In this document: positions 15,651 to 24,436 of the stretch, piece by piece
Position numbering within the stretch: the first letter of the stretch is position 1
How the letters are laid out: every line of letters starts with the position of its first letter
Assembly: GCA_964512415.1 (NCBI GenBank)
Contig: CAZEJZ010000001.1
Span: forward strand, 1 to 26,549
Direction: 5' to 3'
Length of the DNA stretch: 26,549 bases
DNA from: an uncultured Opitutaceae bacterium
Lineage (GTDB): Bacteria > Verrucomicrobiota > Verrucomicrobiia > Opitutales > Opitutaceae
Position numbers and translations under genes: made by a program
Notes under the pieces: generated by a model
Seen by the model: only the letters and a program-made list of their open reading frames with translations
The model's database searches: none
Told to the model about the DNA's origin: nothing

Positions 15651-16820
15651 CTAGGAAGCCGCCGGTGCGGATCCGGTGCCGCGCTTGAACCGCCCCGGCG
15701 AGAAGAGGCCGATGTCGAGGCGCGAACGGCCGTCGACCACCAGCTGGGCGAGGATTTCTCCGACGACGCTGCAGAATTTGAAGCCGTGCCCGGAGAAGCC
15801 GCAGGCCACCGTCACGCGCGGGCTGGCCGGATGCGGCGCGATCACGAAGTGCTTGTCCGGCGTGTTCGTGTACAGGCAGGTGACGCCTTGCAGCAGCGGT
15901 CCGCGCAGCGCCGGCAGCAGGGGCTCGATCGCCTGCCGCATCAGCGCGATCTCGCGGGGGCGCAGCACGCGGTCGACCGAATCCGGATCGCAGCGCTCCA
16001 CCTCGGGGGCCCGGTAGAAGGCGACCTTCACCCCGCCCTTCGGCCCGTCGATCGCCGGGAACCCGTACGGTGACGCCCCGTCGGGCGTTTCCCAGATGAA
16101 GATCGGGAAGTGCCCGAACCGGAACGGCTCGATGCCTCCCACCGGATCAAACCAGTACAGCACCTGCCGCTCCACCTCGAGCGGCACCCCGAGGTCCGCC
16201 AGCACGGTCGGGGCCCAAGGTCCGGGGCACACCACCAGGCGCTCCGCCTCGTAGGTGCCGCGCGCGGTCCGGACACGCACGCCCCACGAAGTCTCCTCCC
16301 ACGCCAGCGCAGGCTCCTCGAAGCGCAGCTCCGCGCCGAGCGCGGCCGCCCGGTCAAGGTGGGCCTGCACCGACGCCTCCGTGCGGACGAATCCCGCGGC
16401 GCGCTCGTACAGCGCGACCGTTCCGGGCGGCGGCTGGAACGCCGGGAAACGGCGCCGGATGTCGGCCGCGGTCAGTTCCTCGTGCGGCAATCCATAGAGG
16501 CGTGCACTCCGCAGACTTCCCGTCACCACGGCGCTCGAAGGATCACCCATCATCAGGCCGCCCACCTCGTGCAGGAGATCGACCCCCGTTTCGCGGGACA
16601 GTTCGCGCCACAACTCGTACGCGCGGAGCAGCAGCGGCACGTAGGCCGGGTCCTCATAGTAGCTCTGCCGGATCACCCGGGTGCGCCCATGGCTCGCCCC
16701 CCGGTCGTGCGGCGCGGTGTAGCGCTCCAGCCCCACCACACGGAGTCCGCGCCGCGCCAGATGGCAGGCCGCGGCGCTTCCCATTCCACCCAACCCAAGA
16801 ACAATGACGTCAGCAGGCAT
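15651..16820 (-). CDS. solA: N-methyl-L-tryptophan oxidase / monomeric sarcosine oxidase family flavoprotein, 389 aa
   Basis: VIVLGLGGMGS (GxGxxG); HDRGASHGRTRVIRQSYYE; TCLYTNTPD (position of the covalent-FAD Cys); GFSGHGFKF. Confidence 0.92.
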   Translation of the reverse strand: MPADVIVLGLGGMGSAAACHLARRGLRVVGLERYTAPHDRGASHGRTRVIRQSYYEDPAYVPLLLRAYELWRELSRETGVDLLHEVGGLMMGDPSSAVVTGSLRSARLYGLPHEELTAADIRRRFPAFQPPPGTVALYERAAGFVRTEASVQAHLDRAAALGAELRFEEPALAWEETSWGVRVRTARGTYEAERLVVCPGPWAPTVLADLGVPLEVERQVLYWFDPVGGIEPFRFGHFPIFIWETPDGASPYGFPAIDGPKGGVKVAFYRAPEVERCDPDSVDRVLRPREIALMRQAIEPLLPALRGPLLQGVTCLYTNTPDKHFVIAPHPASPRVTVACGFSGHGFKFCSVVGEILAQLVVDGRSRLDIGLFSPGRFKRGTGSAPAAS

Positions 16821-16821
16821 G

Positions 16822-16848
16822 GCGTGCGGACTTCATCCGTCCGCACGC
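16822..16848 (-). promoter_or_regulatory. Perfect 9-bp-stem hairpin immediately 5' of the solA start codon
   Basis: GCGTGCGGA (16822-16830) / TCCGCACGC (16840-16848), 9-nt loop, 1 nt from the ATG at 16820; no U-tract. Confidence 0.35.
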
Positions 16849-16897
16849 GGGACCTTAGCGCACCCGTGACCGCTGTCCATGCCGGACCGGCGGCCGC

Positions 16898-17371
16898 CTA
16901 CATGCCCGTCATCGTGTAGTACGGTTCGTAGAGCGGCTCGAGTTTCCGGTAGTGCGGCTGGAGGAAGGTCACGAGGTCGATCAGCTGCATCACCGTGAGC
17001 TGGTCGTTCACCGAGGGCATCGGCGAGACGGTGCTCTTCTGGGCGAGCTCGCGCGGCATCTTCGGCGACAGCTCGAGCGACGGGTGGATGATCGCGGTCA
17101 GGAGCTGGCCGTAGGTCTTCACCCGCGCCACCTCGCCGCCGATGACCACCACCCGGTCCGCCGCGACGGTCGGCGCCGGCAGCGCCGGCAAGCCGTCCAC
17201 CCGGTGGCAGGCGGTGCACTTCATCGCGACAAACACCTGTTCGCCCCGCTGGGCACTGCCTTCCGGCAAGACAAAACCCCGGACCGATTTTGGTCCCCGG
17301 TCGCAGCCAGTCGCCAGCAAGGCGACGATCCCCAACGCCAATCCCATCAGCCAGTGTGTGCGCGCATTCAT
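16898..17371 (-). CDS. Monoheme c-type cytochrome, probable lipoprotein, 157 aa
   Basis: CTACH heme motif; lipobox-like LLATG|C; SPMP as candidate axial Met; purine-rich GAAGGAAAG upstream of the ATG. Confidence 0.85.
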   Translation of the reverse strand: MNARTHWLMGLALGIVALLATGCDRGPKSVRGFVLPEGSAQRGEQVFVAMKCTACHRVDGLPALPAPTVAADRVVVIGGEVARVKTYGQLLTAIIHPSLELSPKMPRELAQKSTVSPMPSVNDQLTVMQLIDLVTFLQPHYRKLEPLYEPYYTMTGM

Positions 17372-17686
17372 GGTGTCTTTCCTTCGTGTTTGCGATCACC
17401 GGACGAGCCACGTGTCGCGTTTCCTCGGAGACCACTCGGACGGCCGAAGCCGACCGCGCCAACCCGAGGACCACGGCACGCCACTCGCGGGCGCACTCCC
17501 ACTTTAGCAACTTCCAGCCATTCCGCTGCGCAGCTCTTGCTCATTGCTGCGCATCCTTACCATCCGTCTGCGGCGCACCTTTCCGCGTGGACTGCAGCGG
17601 GCCCGGGCCGCCCGCCAGGATGCGCTCCAGCCGTGATCCCAGACCCCTTGGCACCCTATACCCGAGCGCCGCCGGGCGGCACCGCT

Positions 17687-20098
17687 TCACGGAATCTCGT
17701 AGATCTCAAGCAGGGCGTCGCCTGGCGTGCCACTCCCCTGCACTTGCACGATGTAGGCGGCCCCCGCGGTGAGGTTGAGGCGTACGGCGGCCGACTTCGC
17801 ATCCCCATCCAGCGGGAACGCGCCGGCGGCGGCGAAGTCGGCGGCCGTGACCCTCTGCGCCCAGTCATCGTTGTCCGCCGCACGCACCCCGTTGCGGAAG
17901 ACCTCAAGCCGCGGATCCGCCGCGACCCCGGTCAAGCCGAGCGCGGTCAGTCTCGGACCGACGGCCCGGACAAGGACCGCCTGAGCGCCATTGCCCAAGA
18001 CCACGAACCCGGCGGTCAGTCTCTCCCCGGGACCACCGATCCTCCCGCGCGTCGAGAAATTCCGCAGTCTCGCGCCGGGCCCGGCGCCGTAGACCTCAAT
18101 GAGGGCCTCACCGGAGGAACGGGCCGCGAGGTGCAGCGTGTGCGCCCCCGAAACCGCCCGGGTGATGACCGCATCCCGGCTGCCGATCGGCAGCGCAAAC
18201 GCCCCCACGGCCGCCATCAGAGTCTGATTGGCCGGCGTCGCCACCCAGTCGTCGTTCGCCTCCAAGAGCGTCGCACCCGAATAGATCTCCAACCGCGGAT
18301 CGCCCACGGCACCCGCCACGCCGAACGGCGCCAGACCCGGTCCGACGCCGCGCAGGAGCATCGAGTCAGCCCCCGAGACGGAGAAGCCAACGATGGACGG
18401 CTGCCCCGCAGAGACCGTGGCCCGAATCGAGCCATTGACGATCCGCGCCACCGTCGGCCTCACCTCCAGCACCGCGACCGAGCCGTCGATCGAACCTTCA
18501 ATGCCCTCGTAACCCACGAGGAGGATCGGCGTCCGTGTCGGACTCTCGACTGCGGGCACGAAGACGAGCGTCTCGGGCGAGACGAAGCGCGTGCCGGTGA
18601 TGACGTTGATGCCGTCGACGAGATTGTAGTATCCGACGATCGAGACGTTGTTCAGGTCGGTGACGTCGAACTGGAAGATGCCACCCTGCCGCTCGGCGCC
18701 CACGAAGACGTACTGGCGCCCGTCCACCTCACCATAGGCCAACGCCTCCGGCTCCGGACCCTTGTCGTCCGAGCGCGTGTCGATCGCGGTGGTCGTGCCA
18801 TTGTTCATGTTGAAGGTCAGCGGGGCGTTGGCCCGGACGAAGTCCTCCAGCATCGAACCGCTGTCGAAGACGCGCTGTCCCTGCTCGTCCCAGAGCGAGA
18901 AGCTGCGCGTACCGATCATCGTCGGTTCCTCAATGAGGGGATCCGCGTCGAGGTTCCCGTCGAAGCGCGAGATCGTGAGCCGCCCGAGCCCGGTGGATTC
19001 ACTGAGGCTGCCGGAAAAGGCGAGGTCTCCGGGGCCGTCGGCCACCACGTCGACCACGTTCGCCGCACCGGCCCGCACGACGTCGCCGTCGTCCGTGCGG
19101 GCATCCCCTTCGTTGGCGGTGGCGAGCAGACGCCGACCTCCCTGCAGGAAGGTCGCGATCGTATCGGGCATCGGCAGGCCCGGGACGACGTCGTCAATGT
19201 TGATGGCTGCCAAGCCGCCGTTCACGGGGTCACGGTCCGAGGCGTCGATCCGCTGCCGGATGGTGCCGAGGGGCAGGATCGCCGAGATCCGCGGCGCGCC
19301 ACCGCCCTCCAGCTCCACGACGGCGATCCCGTTGTTCTCCTGCAGCGTGACGTAGGCGCGCTCGTTCGTTGTCGAGGCAAACTCCGGCTCGACATGGAGG
19401 TAGCGGTCTGCGGGCGCAATGCCCGCGACGTTGAAACGCAGGCCGTCGAGCGTCACGCCCGGCGCGAGTCCGTCCCGAAAATCCACCGTGGCGACCAACG
19501 GCGCCCGCAGCTGGAGATCGGTCGAGCCATTGACGCCGGTGAGGTTCACGATGCTGACGGAGCCGGGAGCCTGGGCGGCTCCGGCGGTGAACTCCCCTTC
19601 GTTCGCCACGATCAGGCGACGGCCATCCGGCGTGAAGCGCACGGCATCCGGATGGAATCCGACGTCCACCACGCGGAGGATCGCGCCCGTCTGCACGTCG
19701 AAGAACGCCACTTTTCCCGGGACGGTGGTGTTGTCCTTCGGGATGATGCTCGCGACGCCAAACCCGCGGCTGCGCGGATCCGCCGCGACGCTGCTGACCG
19801 AGAGGGTCGCGCTGGCACCGAAGATCGCGTCGAACTCCGCCACCGCCTGCGGCGTGAGCGCTCCCGAGGCGGCGAGCGAGTAGATGTCAACCCGGTGACT
19901 CACGCCGGACGTGCGCGCGAGCGAGTTCGTCACCAGCACGCGATCCGGCCCGGAAGCCGCGTTGTAGTGGGCCACCACTTCGCCGCCACCCGGAATCGTG
20001 ACGCCAGACAGCAGCGTGAGTTCCGCCCGGAGCGGAGGCGAGGCGAAGAAGAGGGTGAGGGCGCAGAAGGACGAGAGGAGTCGCGGTGGGGTGAGCAT
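17687..20098 (-). CDS. Secreted choice-of-anchor I family protein (beta-propeller, often annotated alkaline phosphatase) with a tandem Opitutaceae-type C-terminal domain, 803 aa
   Basis: Signal peptide; family motifs VANEGE, EPEF...AYVTLQENNGIAVV, DASDRD, MPDTIA, ANEGDAR, GTRSFSLW, RSDDKGPEPE, FVGAER.GGI; two C-terminal repeats ending ...ALLEIYEIP. Confidence 0.85.
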   Translation of the reverse strand: MLTPPRLLSSFCALTLFFASPPLRAELTLLSGVTIPGGGEVVAHYNAASGPDRVLVTNSLARTSGVSHRVDIYSLAASGALTPQAVAEFDAIFGASATLSVSSVAADPRSRGFGVASIIPKDNTTVPGKVAFFDVQTGAILRVVDVGFHPDAVRFTPDGRRLIVANEGEFTAGAAQAPGSVSIVNLTGVNGSTDLQLRAPLVATVDFRDGLAPGVTLDGLRFNVAGIAPADRYLHVEPEFASTTNERAYVTLQENNGIAVVELEGGGAPRISAILPLGTIRQRIDASDRDPVNGGLAAINIDDVVPGLPMPDTIATFLQGGRRLLATANEGDARTDDGDVVRAGAANVVDVVADGPGDLAFSGSLSESTGLGRLTISRFDGNLDADPLIEEPTMIGTRSFSLWDEQGQRVFDSGSMLEDFVRANAPLTFNMNNGTTTAIDTRSDDKGPEPEALAYGEVDGRQYVFVGAERQGGIFQFDVTDLNNVSIVGYYNLVDGINVITGTRFVSPETLVFVPAVESPTRTPILLVGYEGIEGSIDGSVAVLEVRPTVARIVNGSIRATVSAGQPSIVGFSVSGADSMLLRGVGPGLAPFGVAGAVGDPRLEIYSGATLLEANDDWVATPANQTLMAAVGAFALPIGSRDAVITRAVSGAHTLHLAARSSGEALIEVYGAGPGARLRNFSTRGRIGGPGERLTAGFVVLGNGAQAVLVRAVGPRLTALGLTGVAADPRLEVFRNGVRAADNDDWAQRVTAADFAAAGAFPLDGDAKSAAVRLNLTAGAAYIVQVQGSGTPGDALLEIYEIP

Positions 20099-20143
20099 GG
20101 CGATGACTGAACGCGGTCACGGGTTCGTTGCACGACCGGGATT

Positions 20144-20159
20144 GTGAATTCGCCGTGAC
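20144..20159 (-). promoter_or_regulatory. Pho-box-like 11-bp-period direct repeat
   Basis: The minus strand reads GTCAC-ggcgaa-TTCAC (half-sites 11 bp apart), in the divergent spacer between the choice-of-anchor-I gene and the phosphoesterase gene. Confidence 0.4.
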
Positions 20160-20216
20160 TCCGTCACCTTTCCGAAGCGATTCTGCCCCGCCATCCGGAT
20201 TCCCCGTCCACCGACC

Positions 20217-21182
20217 ATGCAACGCCGCCACTTCCTCGGCCGCCTCGCCGCCGGCGCCACCCTCGGAACCGCCGCCGCCCCCTTCCTCGCCGCCAGCGCC
20301 CCACCCGCGCCCCGTCCCAGGCACCGGGTCCTGCGCGTCGCGCACCTCACCGACCCGCACGTCTTCGGGGACCGCGGCGCCGACGCCGGCCTCGCGGAGG
20401 CCCTGCGGCATGCCCAGGCGGCCAAACCTGACTTCCTCTTTTTCGGGGGCGACCTAGTGATGGATGCGCTCGGCAAGGAGAAGGACGCCGCGATCGCGCA
20501 GTGGTCGCTGTGGGAGCGGGTCCTCGCCGCCGAGCTGCGCACCCCGCACCACGCCTGCGTCGGAAACCACGATGTCTGGGGATGGAAGCTCCGCGATGCC
20601 GCCGGGACCGCCGCCGCCACGGATCCGCTCTTCGGCAAGGGCATGGCCCTCGAGCGCCTTGCCCTGCGCGACCGCTACTACTCCTTCAACCAGGCCGGCT
20701 GGCATTTCATCATCCTCGATTCCACGCAGCGGGTGGATGATCCGAAAATCGGATACACGGCCCGGCTGGACGACCAGCAGTTCGAGTGGCTGGTGCGCGA
20801 TCTCGCGGCCACGCCCCCCGCCACGCCGGTCTGCGTGCTGTCGCACATCCCCATTCTCTCCGCCTGCACCTTCCTCGACGGCGAGAACGAGAAGACCGGC
20901 AACTGGCAGGTGCCCGGACAATGGATGCACCTCGACGCGCGGCGGCTGAAGACGCTCTTCCGCCAGCACCCGAACGTGAAGGCGTGCCTCTCCGGCCACA
21001 TCCACCTCGTCGACGAGGTCTCCTATCTGGGGGTGCGCTACTTCTGCAACGGCGCCGTCTCCGGGGGCTGGTGGAAGGGACCGTACCAGGAGTTCGGTCC
21101 GGCCTACGCCGTCGTCGATTTCTACGACGACGGCTCGCTCGACAATCGCCTCGTCTACTACCGCCAGCCGGCGGGCGCCTAG
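20217..21182 (+). CDS. Metallophosphoesterase (Icc/CpdA-like, calcineurin-like fold) with a Tat signal, 321 aa
   Basis: MQRRHFL signal; motifs DPH, GGD, GNHD, SH, GHIH. Confidence 0.92.
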   Translation: MQRRHFLGRLAAGATLGTAAAPFLAASAPPAPRPRHRVLRVAHLTDPHVFGDRGADAGLAEALRHAQAAKPDFLFFGGDLVMDALGKEKDAAIAQWSLWERVLAAELRTPHHACVGNHDVWGWKLRDAAGTAAATDPLFGKGMALERLALRDRYYSFNQAGWHFIILDSTQRVDDPKIGYTARLDDQQFEWLVRDLAATPPATPVCVLSHIPILSACTFLDGENEKTGNWQVPGQWMHLDARRLKTLFRQHPNVKACLSGHIHLVDEVSYLGVRYFCNGAVSGGWWKGPYQEFGPAYAVVDFYDDGSLDNRLVYYRQPAGA

Positions 21183-22444
21183 ACGAGCGGCGTCTCGCCG
21201 GGGATCGGCACGGCGCCGAAGATGCCCGGGCCGGGCGCGGGATTCTTCGGGAAGAGGTCCAGCTTCGAGCCGCTGAGCAGCCAGCTCCACGAGATCTCGC
21301 GGCCCGAGTAGGCCGCCATGCGGCCGCCAATCGCGGTCAGCGTGCTCTCCGCGATGCGGATGCCGTCGTTGATCGGGTTGTTGGCGCGGATGCTCGTGAT
21401 CAGGTCCGTGTGCTCCTGCACCATCGGGTCCACCGCCGGTCCGCTGAACTCGTAAGGCTTCGCCCCCTTGATCCAGCGGCTCGGGTCGGACGTGCCCTTG
21501 GTGCCGACGACGCGCTCGCCGACCCGGCCCATCGTCTTCGCCGCATGGCGGCAGAAGCTCGTGACGCGGGCCCCGTTCGCGTACTCCAGCTCGACGGCGA
21601 AGTGATCCCAGATGTTGCCGGGGATGCTGCCACGGTTCTGGCGTCCGCCCATGCCGGAGAACTTCACCGGGGGACCGCCGTAGGCCCAGTTCATCACGTC
21701 GATGTTGTGGATGTGCTGCTCGACGATCTGGTCGCCGCTCAGCCAGTCCCAGTGGTACCAGTTCCAGCACTGCCACTCGAAGTCGCTCAGGTCCGCCAGC
21801 CAGTCCTTCTTCTCGCGGAACCAGATGCCCTCGCTGTTCCAGTAGCACTGGCCGCCGACCAGCTCCCCGAGGTCACCGTCGTGGATGCGCTTCATCACCT
21901 CGAGGTAGCTGGCCTGATGGCGGCGCTGGGTGCCGACGCCGACGCCGAGATTCTTCTGCTTGGCCAGACGCGAGGCTTCGATTACCGCGCGGGCTCCGAC
22001 CGGGTCGACGGCCACGGGCTTCTCCATGAACACGTGCTTGCCTGCGGCGACCGCGGCGGCGAAATGGCTCGGTCGGAATCCGGGCGGCGCGGCGAGGATC
22101 ACCAGGTCCACGTCCGTCGCGAGGAGCTTCTGGTAGCAGTCGAAGCCGTGAAAGCACTTCTCCGCCGGCACCTTGAAGCGCTCACGAAGGCGCTCGGTCT
22201 GGCGCGGGAACAGGTCGGCCAGCGCGACGATCTCGACGCCGGGTGCCGCATCGAGGCAGTTCTTGGCCGCTCCGGAACCACGGCCGCCGCAGCCGATCAG
22301 GCCGACGCGAATCCGGTCCGAGCCGCCGGTCGCGCCGAACGCGCGGGGCATCGGGCTGGTCGCAAGCAACCCCGCCCCTGCGGTCAGCGCGGACAGGCGG
22401 ACGAAGGAGCGGCGGGTCAGGGAGGTATCTTCGGGGATGTTCAT
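21179..22444 (-). CDS. Gfo/Idh/MocA family oxidoreductase with a Tat signal, 421 aa
   Basis: LTRRSFV signal; VGLIGCGGRG; HVFMEKP; EQHIHNID. ATG at 22444. Its stop overlaps the stop of the convergent phosphoesterase gene (shared CTAG at 21179-21182). Confidence 0.92.
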   Translation of the reverse strand: MNIPEDTSLTRRSFVRLSALTAGAGLLATSPMPRAFGATGGSDRIRVGLIGCGGRGSGAAKNCLDAAPGVEIVALADLFPRQTERLRERFKVPAEKCFHGFDCYQKLLATDVDLVILAAPPGFRPSHFAAAVAAGKHVFMEKPVAVDPVGARAVIEASRLAKQKNLGVGVGTQRRHQASYLEVMKRIHDGDLGELVGGQCYWNSEGIWFREKKDWLADLSDFEWQCWNWYHWDWLSGDQIVEQHIHNIDVMNWAYGGPPVKFSGMGGRQNRGSIPGNIWDHFAVELEYANGARVTSFCRHAAKTMGRVGERVVGTKGTSDPSRWIKGAKPYEFSGPAVDPMVQEHTDLITSIRANNPINDGIRIAESTLTAIGGRMAAYSGREISWSWLLSGSKLDLFPKNPAPGPGIFGAVPIPGETPLV

Positions 22445-22497
22445 GGGGTATCGGGGAGAGGGAATGGCACGGCGACGCGATGGGTGTCCGTCATGCG

Positions 22498-23703
22498 CTA
22501 GGAAGTCGGGGCAAGATTCTCGGCCACCGGGACGCGGTACGCCTTGAGCGCGGGGACGATCCCGCCGACGGCGCAGAGTGCGATCATCGCCAGCGGCGCG
22601 ATCCAGAGCACGGGATGCCCCGCCAGCACGTCGATGACCACGCCGGTCTGCGCCCGGATGATCCGCGCGACCCCCGCGAGCAGGGCGCCATAGACCACGA
22701 ATCCCGCCAGCGCGCCCAGCGCGCCGATGACAGCGGCCTCGGTCACCACGGCCGTGAAGAGGGTGTGACGGCGGGCGCCGAGGGCACGAAGGATGGCAAG
22801 GTCGCGGCGACGCGCGCTCATCGAGGCGTAGATGCTGGCGAGCACGCTGCCCGCCGCCACGAACGCCACGAGATAGGCGACCAGCGCGAGCACGCGGTCG
22901 AACCATCCGATCTTGCCGAAGAGGTCCGCGATGATCGCACCCACCGGGTACGCGAAGGTCAGGCGATTCCCCTGCCGGTTGTACATCATGTCCAACATGA
23001 ATCCCGCCTGCGGCGTGCGCAACTGGAGCAGCACCGCGCTGAGATCCGTGGCGAACTTGGGGTCATGCCCCTTCATGTTCTGGATGCCCGCGAGCGGGAT
23101 CCACAGCACGCGGTCTGCCGGCGTATTCGTCGGTTCGAGGATGCCGACCACCGTGTAGACTTCCTCGTGCTGATTGGCCGGGTCGAAGACGAGCCCATGA
23201 AAAGGCTGGAAGGTGTCGCCGACCCGCAGACCCAGTCGCTCGGCCACGAACGATCCCACCAGCGCCTCGTGCGCCGCGCCGGCGAAGACCCGGCCGCCCG
23301 GCTGCACCGCATAGCGACGGCCCCGCGCATACTCGACGCGCGTGAAGAGGTCCTCGATCGTGCCAACGATGCGGTAGCCACGGTAGTTGTCGCCCACCGC
23401 CAGCGGAATCGCCGCCTTCACCGCGGGGTGGCGGCGGATCTGTTCGAAGTCGGCGGCGGCGATGTTTCCCGGCGACGCTTCCAGATGGAAGATGGCGTTG
23501 AGCACGAGTTGCAGCCGGGACCCCCGCGCCCCGAGCACCGCATCGAAACCCGTGCTCGTCTCGACGAACGCGCGCTGGGACTGGGCCTTCACCATCCACA
23601 CCACCATCAGAAGTCCCACCGCGAGGGCGATGCTCCCCGCCGTCACGAGCGTGGAGAGCGCATGCTGCCGAAGGCTGCGGTAAAGAATGAGCGGCAGGGT
23701 CAT
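22498..23703 (-). CDS. ABC transporter permease, MacB/FtsX (LolE-like) family, 401 aa
   Basis: One N-terminal TM, a large periplasmic domain (GARGSRLQLVLNAIFH), then SARRRDLAILRALGARR and three C-terminal TMs. Confidence 0.9.
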   Translation of the reverse strand: MTLPLILYRSLRQHALSTLVTAGSIALAVGLLMVVWMVKAQSQRAFVETSTGFDAVLGARGSRLQLVLNAIFHLEASPGNIAAADFEQIRRHPAVKAAIPLAVGDNYRGYRIVGTIEDLFTRVEYARGRRYAVQPGGRVFAGAAHEALVGSFVAERLGLRVGDTFQPFHGLVFDPANQHEEVYTVVGILEPTNTPADRVLWIPLAGIQNMKGHDPKFATDLSAVLLQLRTPQAGFMLDMMYNRQGNRLTFAYPVGAIIADLFGKIGWFDRVLALVAYLVAFVAAGSVLASIYASMSARRRDLAILRALGARRHTLFTAVVTEAAVIGALGALAGFVVYGALLAGVARIIRAQTGVVIDVLAGHPVLWIAPLAMIALCAVGGIVPALKAYRVPVAENLAPTS

Positions 23704-23716
23704 GGTAACCAGATGC

Positions 23717-24400
23717 TCAGGTGGCGCTCGGTGCCGCGGGGCGGTTGAGCTCGGCGAAGTCGCGCACGGGGCTGAACTGGGCGAGCACCTCCGGGTCGTG
23801 GCTGACCAGCAGCAAGGCCGCCCCGGCCTCGGCGCACGCCTCGCGGATCAGGGCGAGCGCCTCCTGCCCGCGGCGGCGGTCGAGGTTGCCGGTGGGTTCG
23901 TCCGCAAGCACGAGCCGCGGCCGGTTGGCCAGCGCCCGGGCAACCGCGACGCGCTGCTGCTGGCCGGTGGAGAGCTGCCGCGGGAAGTGCTGCAAACGCG
24001 CTCCGAGGCCCACGCGCTCCAGCAGGGCCCGGGCATGGGCCCGGTCAACCCGGCCCCCGCCGAAACTCATTCCCAGCACCACGTTCTCCAGGACCGTGAA
24101 TCCCTGCAGGAGGTTGAACGTCTGGAAAATGTAGCCCATCCGTTCGGCGCGCAGGCGGTCCCGCGCCGCCTCGCCCAACGCGACCAGATTCGTGCCATCG
24201 AAGTCGATCCGGCCCGAGTCGGCCGCGAGCAATCCCGCGATCAGGTTCAGGAAGGTCGTCTTGCCGGATCCGCTCTCGCCGCGGAGGGCGACCTGCTCAC
24301 CGGCGCCAAGCGCGAAGTGCGCGACGTGCACGATCTCGACCGGCCGCCCGCCCGCCTCGGGCGAGGGGAAGGACTTGCGGAGGTCGGTGATCGTCAGCAC
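23717..24400 (-). CDS. ABC transporter ATP-binding protein, LolD/MacB-like, 227 aa
   Basis: Walker A GESGSGKT; Q-loop IFQ; signature LSTGQQQ; Walker B/D-loop LADEPTGNLD; H-loop VSHD; GTG start. Confidence 0.93.
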   Translation of the reverse strand: MLTITDLRKSFPSPEAGGRPVEIVHVAHFALGAGEQVALRGESGSGKTTFLNLIAGLLAADSGRIDFDGTNLVALGEAARDRLRAERMGYIFQTFNLLQGFTVLENVVLGMSFGGGRVDRAHARALLERVGLGARLQHFPRQLSTGQQQRVAVARALANRPRLVLADEPTGNLDRRRGQEALALIREACAEAGAALLLVSHDPEVLAQFSPVRDFAELNRPAAPSAT

Positions 24401-24436
24401 GGCGCAACTCGGGCTTCGGCGAAGGATTGAGGCGAC

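Noticed and set aside
15651-16820. Functional link between solA and the folate cassette
   Set aside because: Monomeric sarcosine/N-methyltryptophan oxidases release formaldehyde and do not use folate; the gene is about 7 kb away on the opposite strand.
17506-17520. Sigma54-like TGGCTGGAAGTTGCT on the minus strand
   Set aside because: The GG-to-GC spacing is 9 nt, whereas sigma54 strictly needs 10.
16952-20110. 1052-aa plus-strand ORF
   Set aside because: Antisense to the cytochrome c and choice-of-anchor-I genes; Arg-rich with no domain signal.
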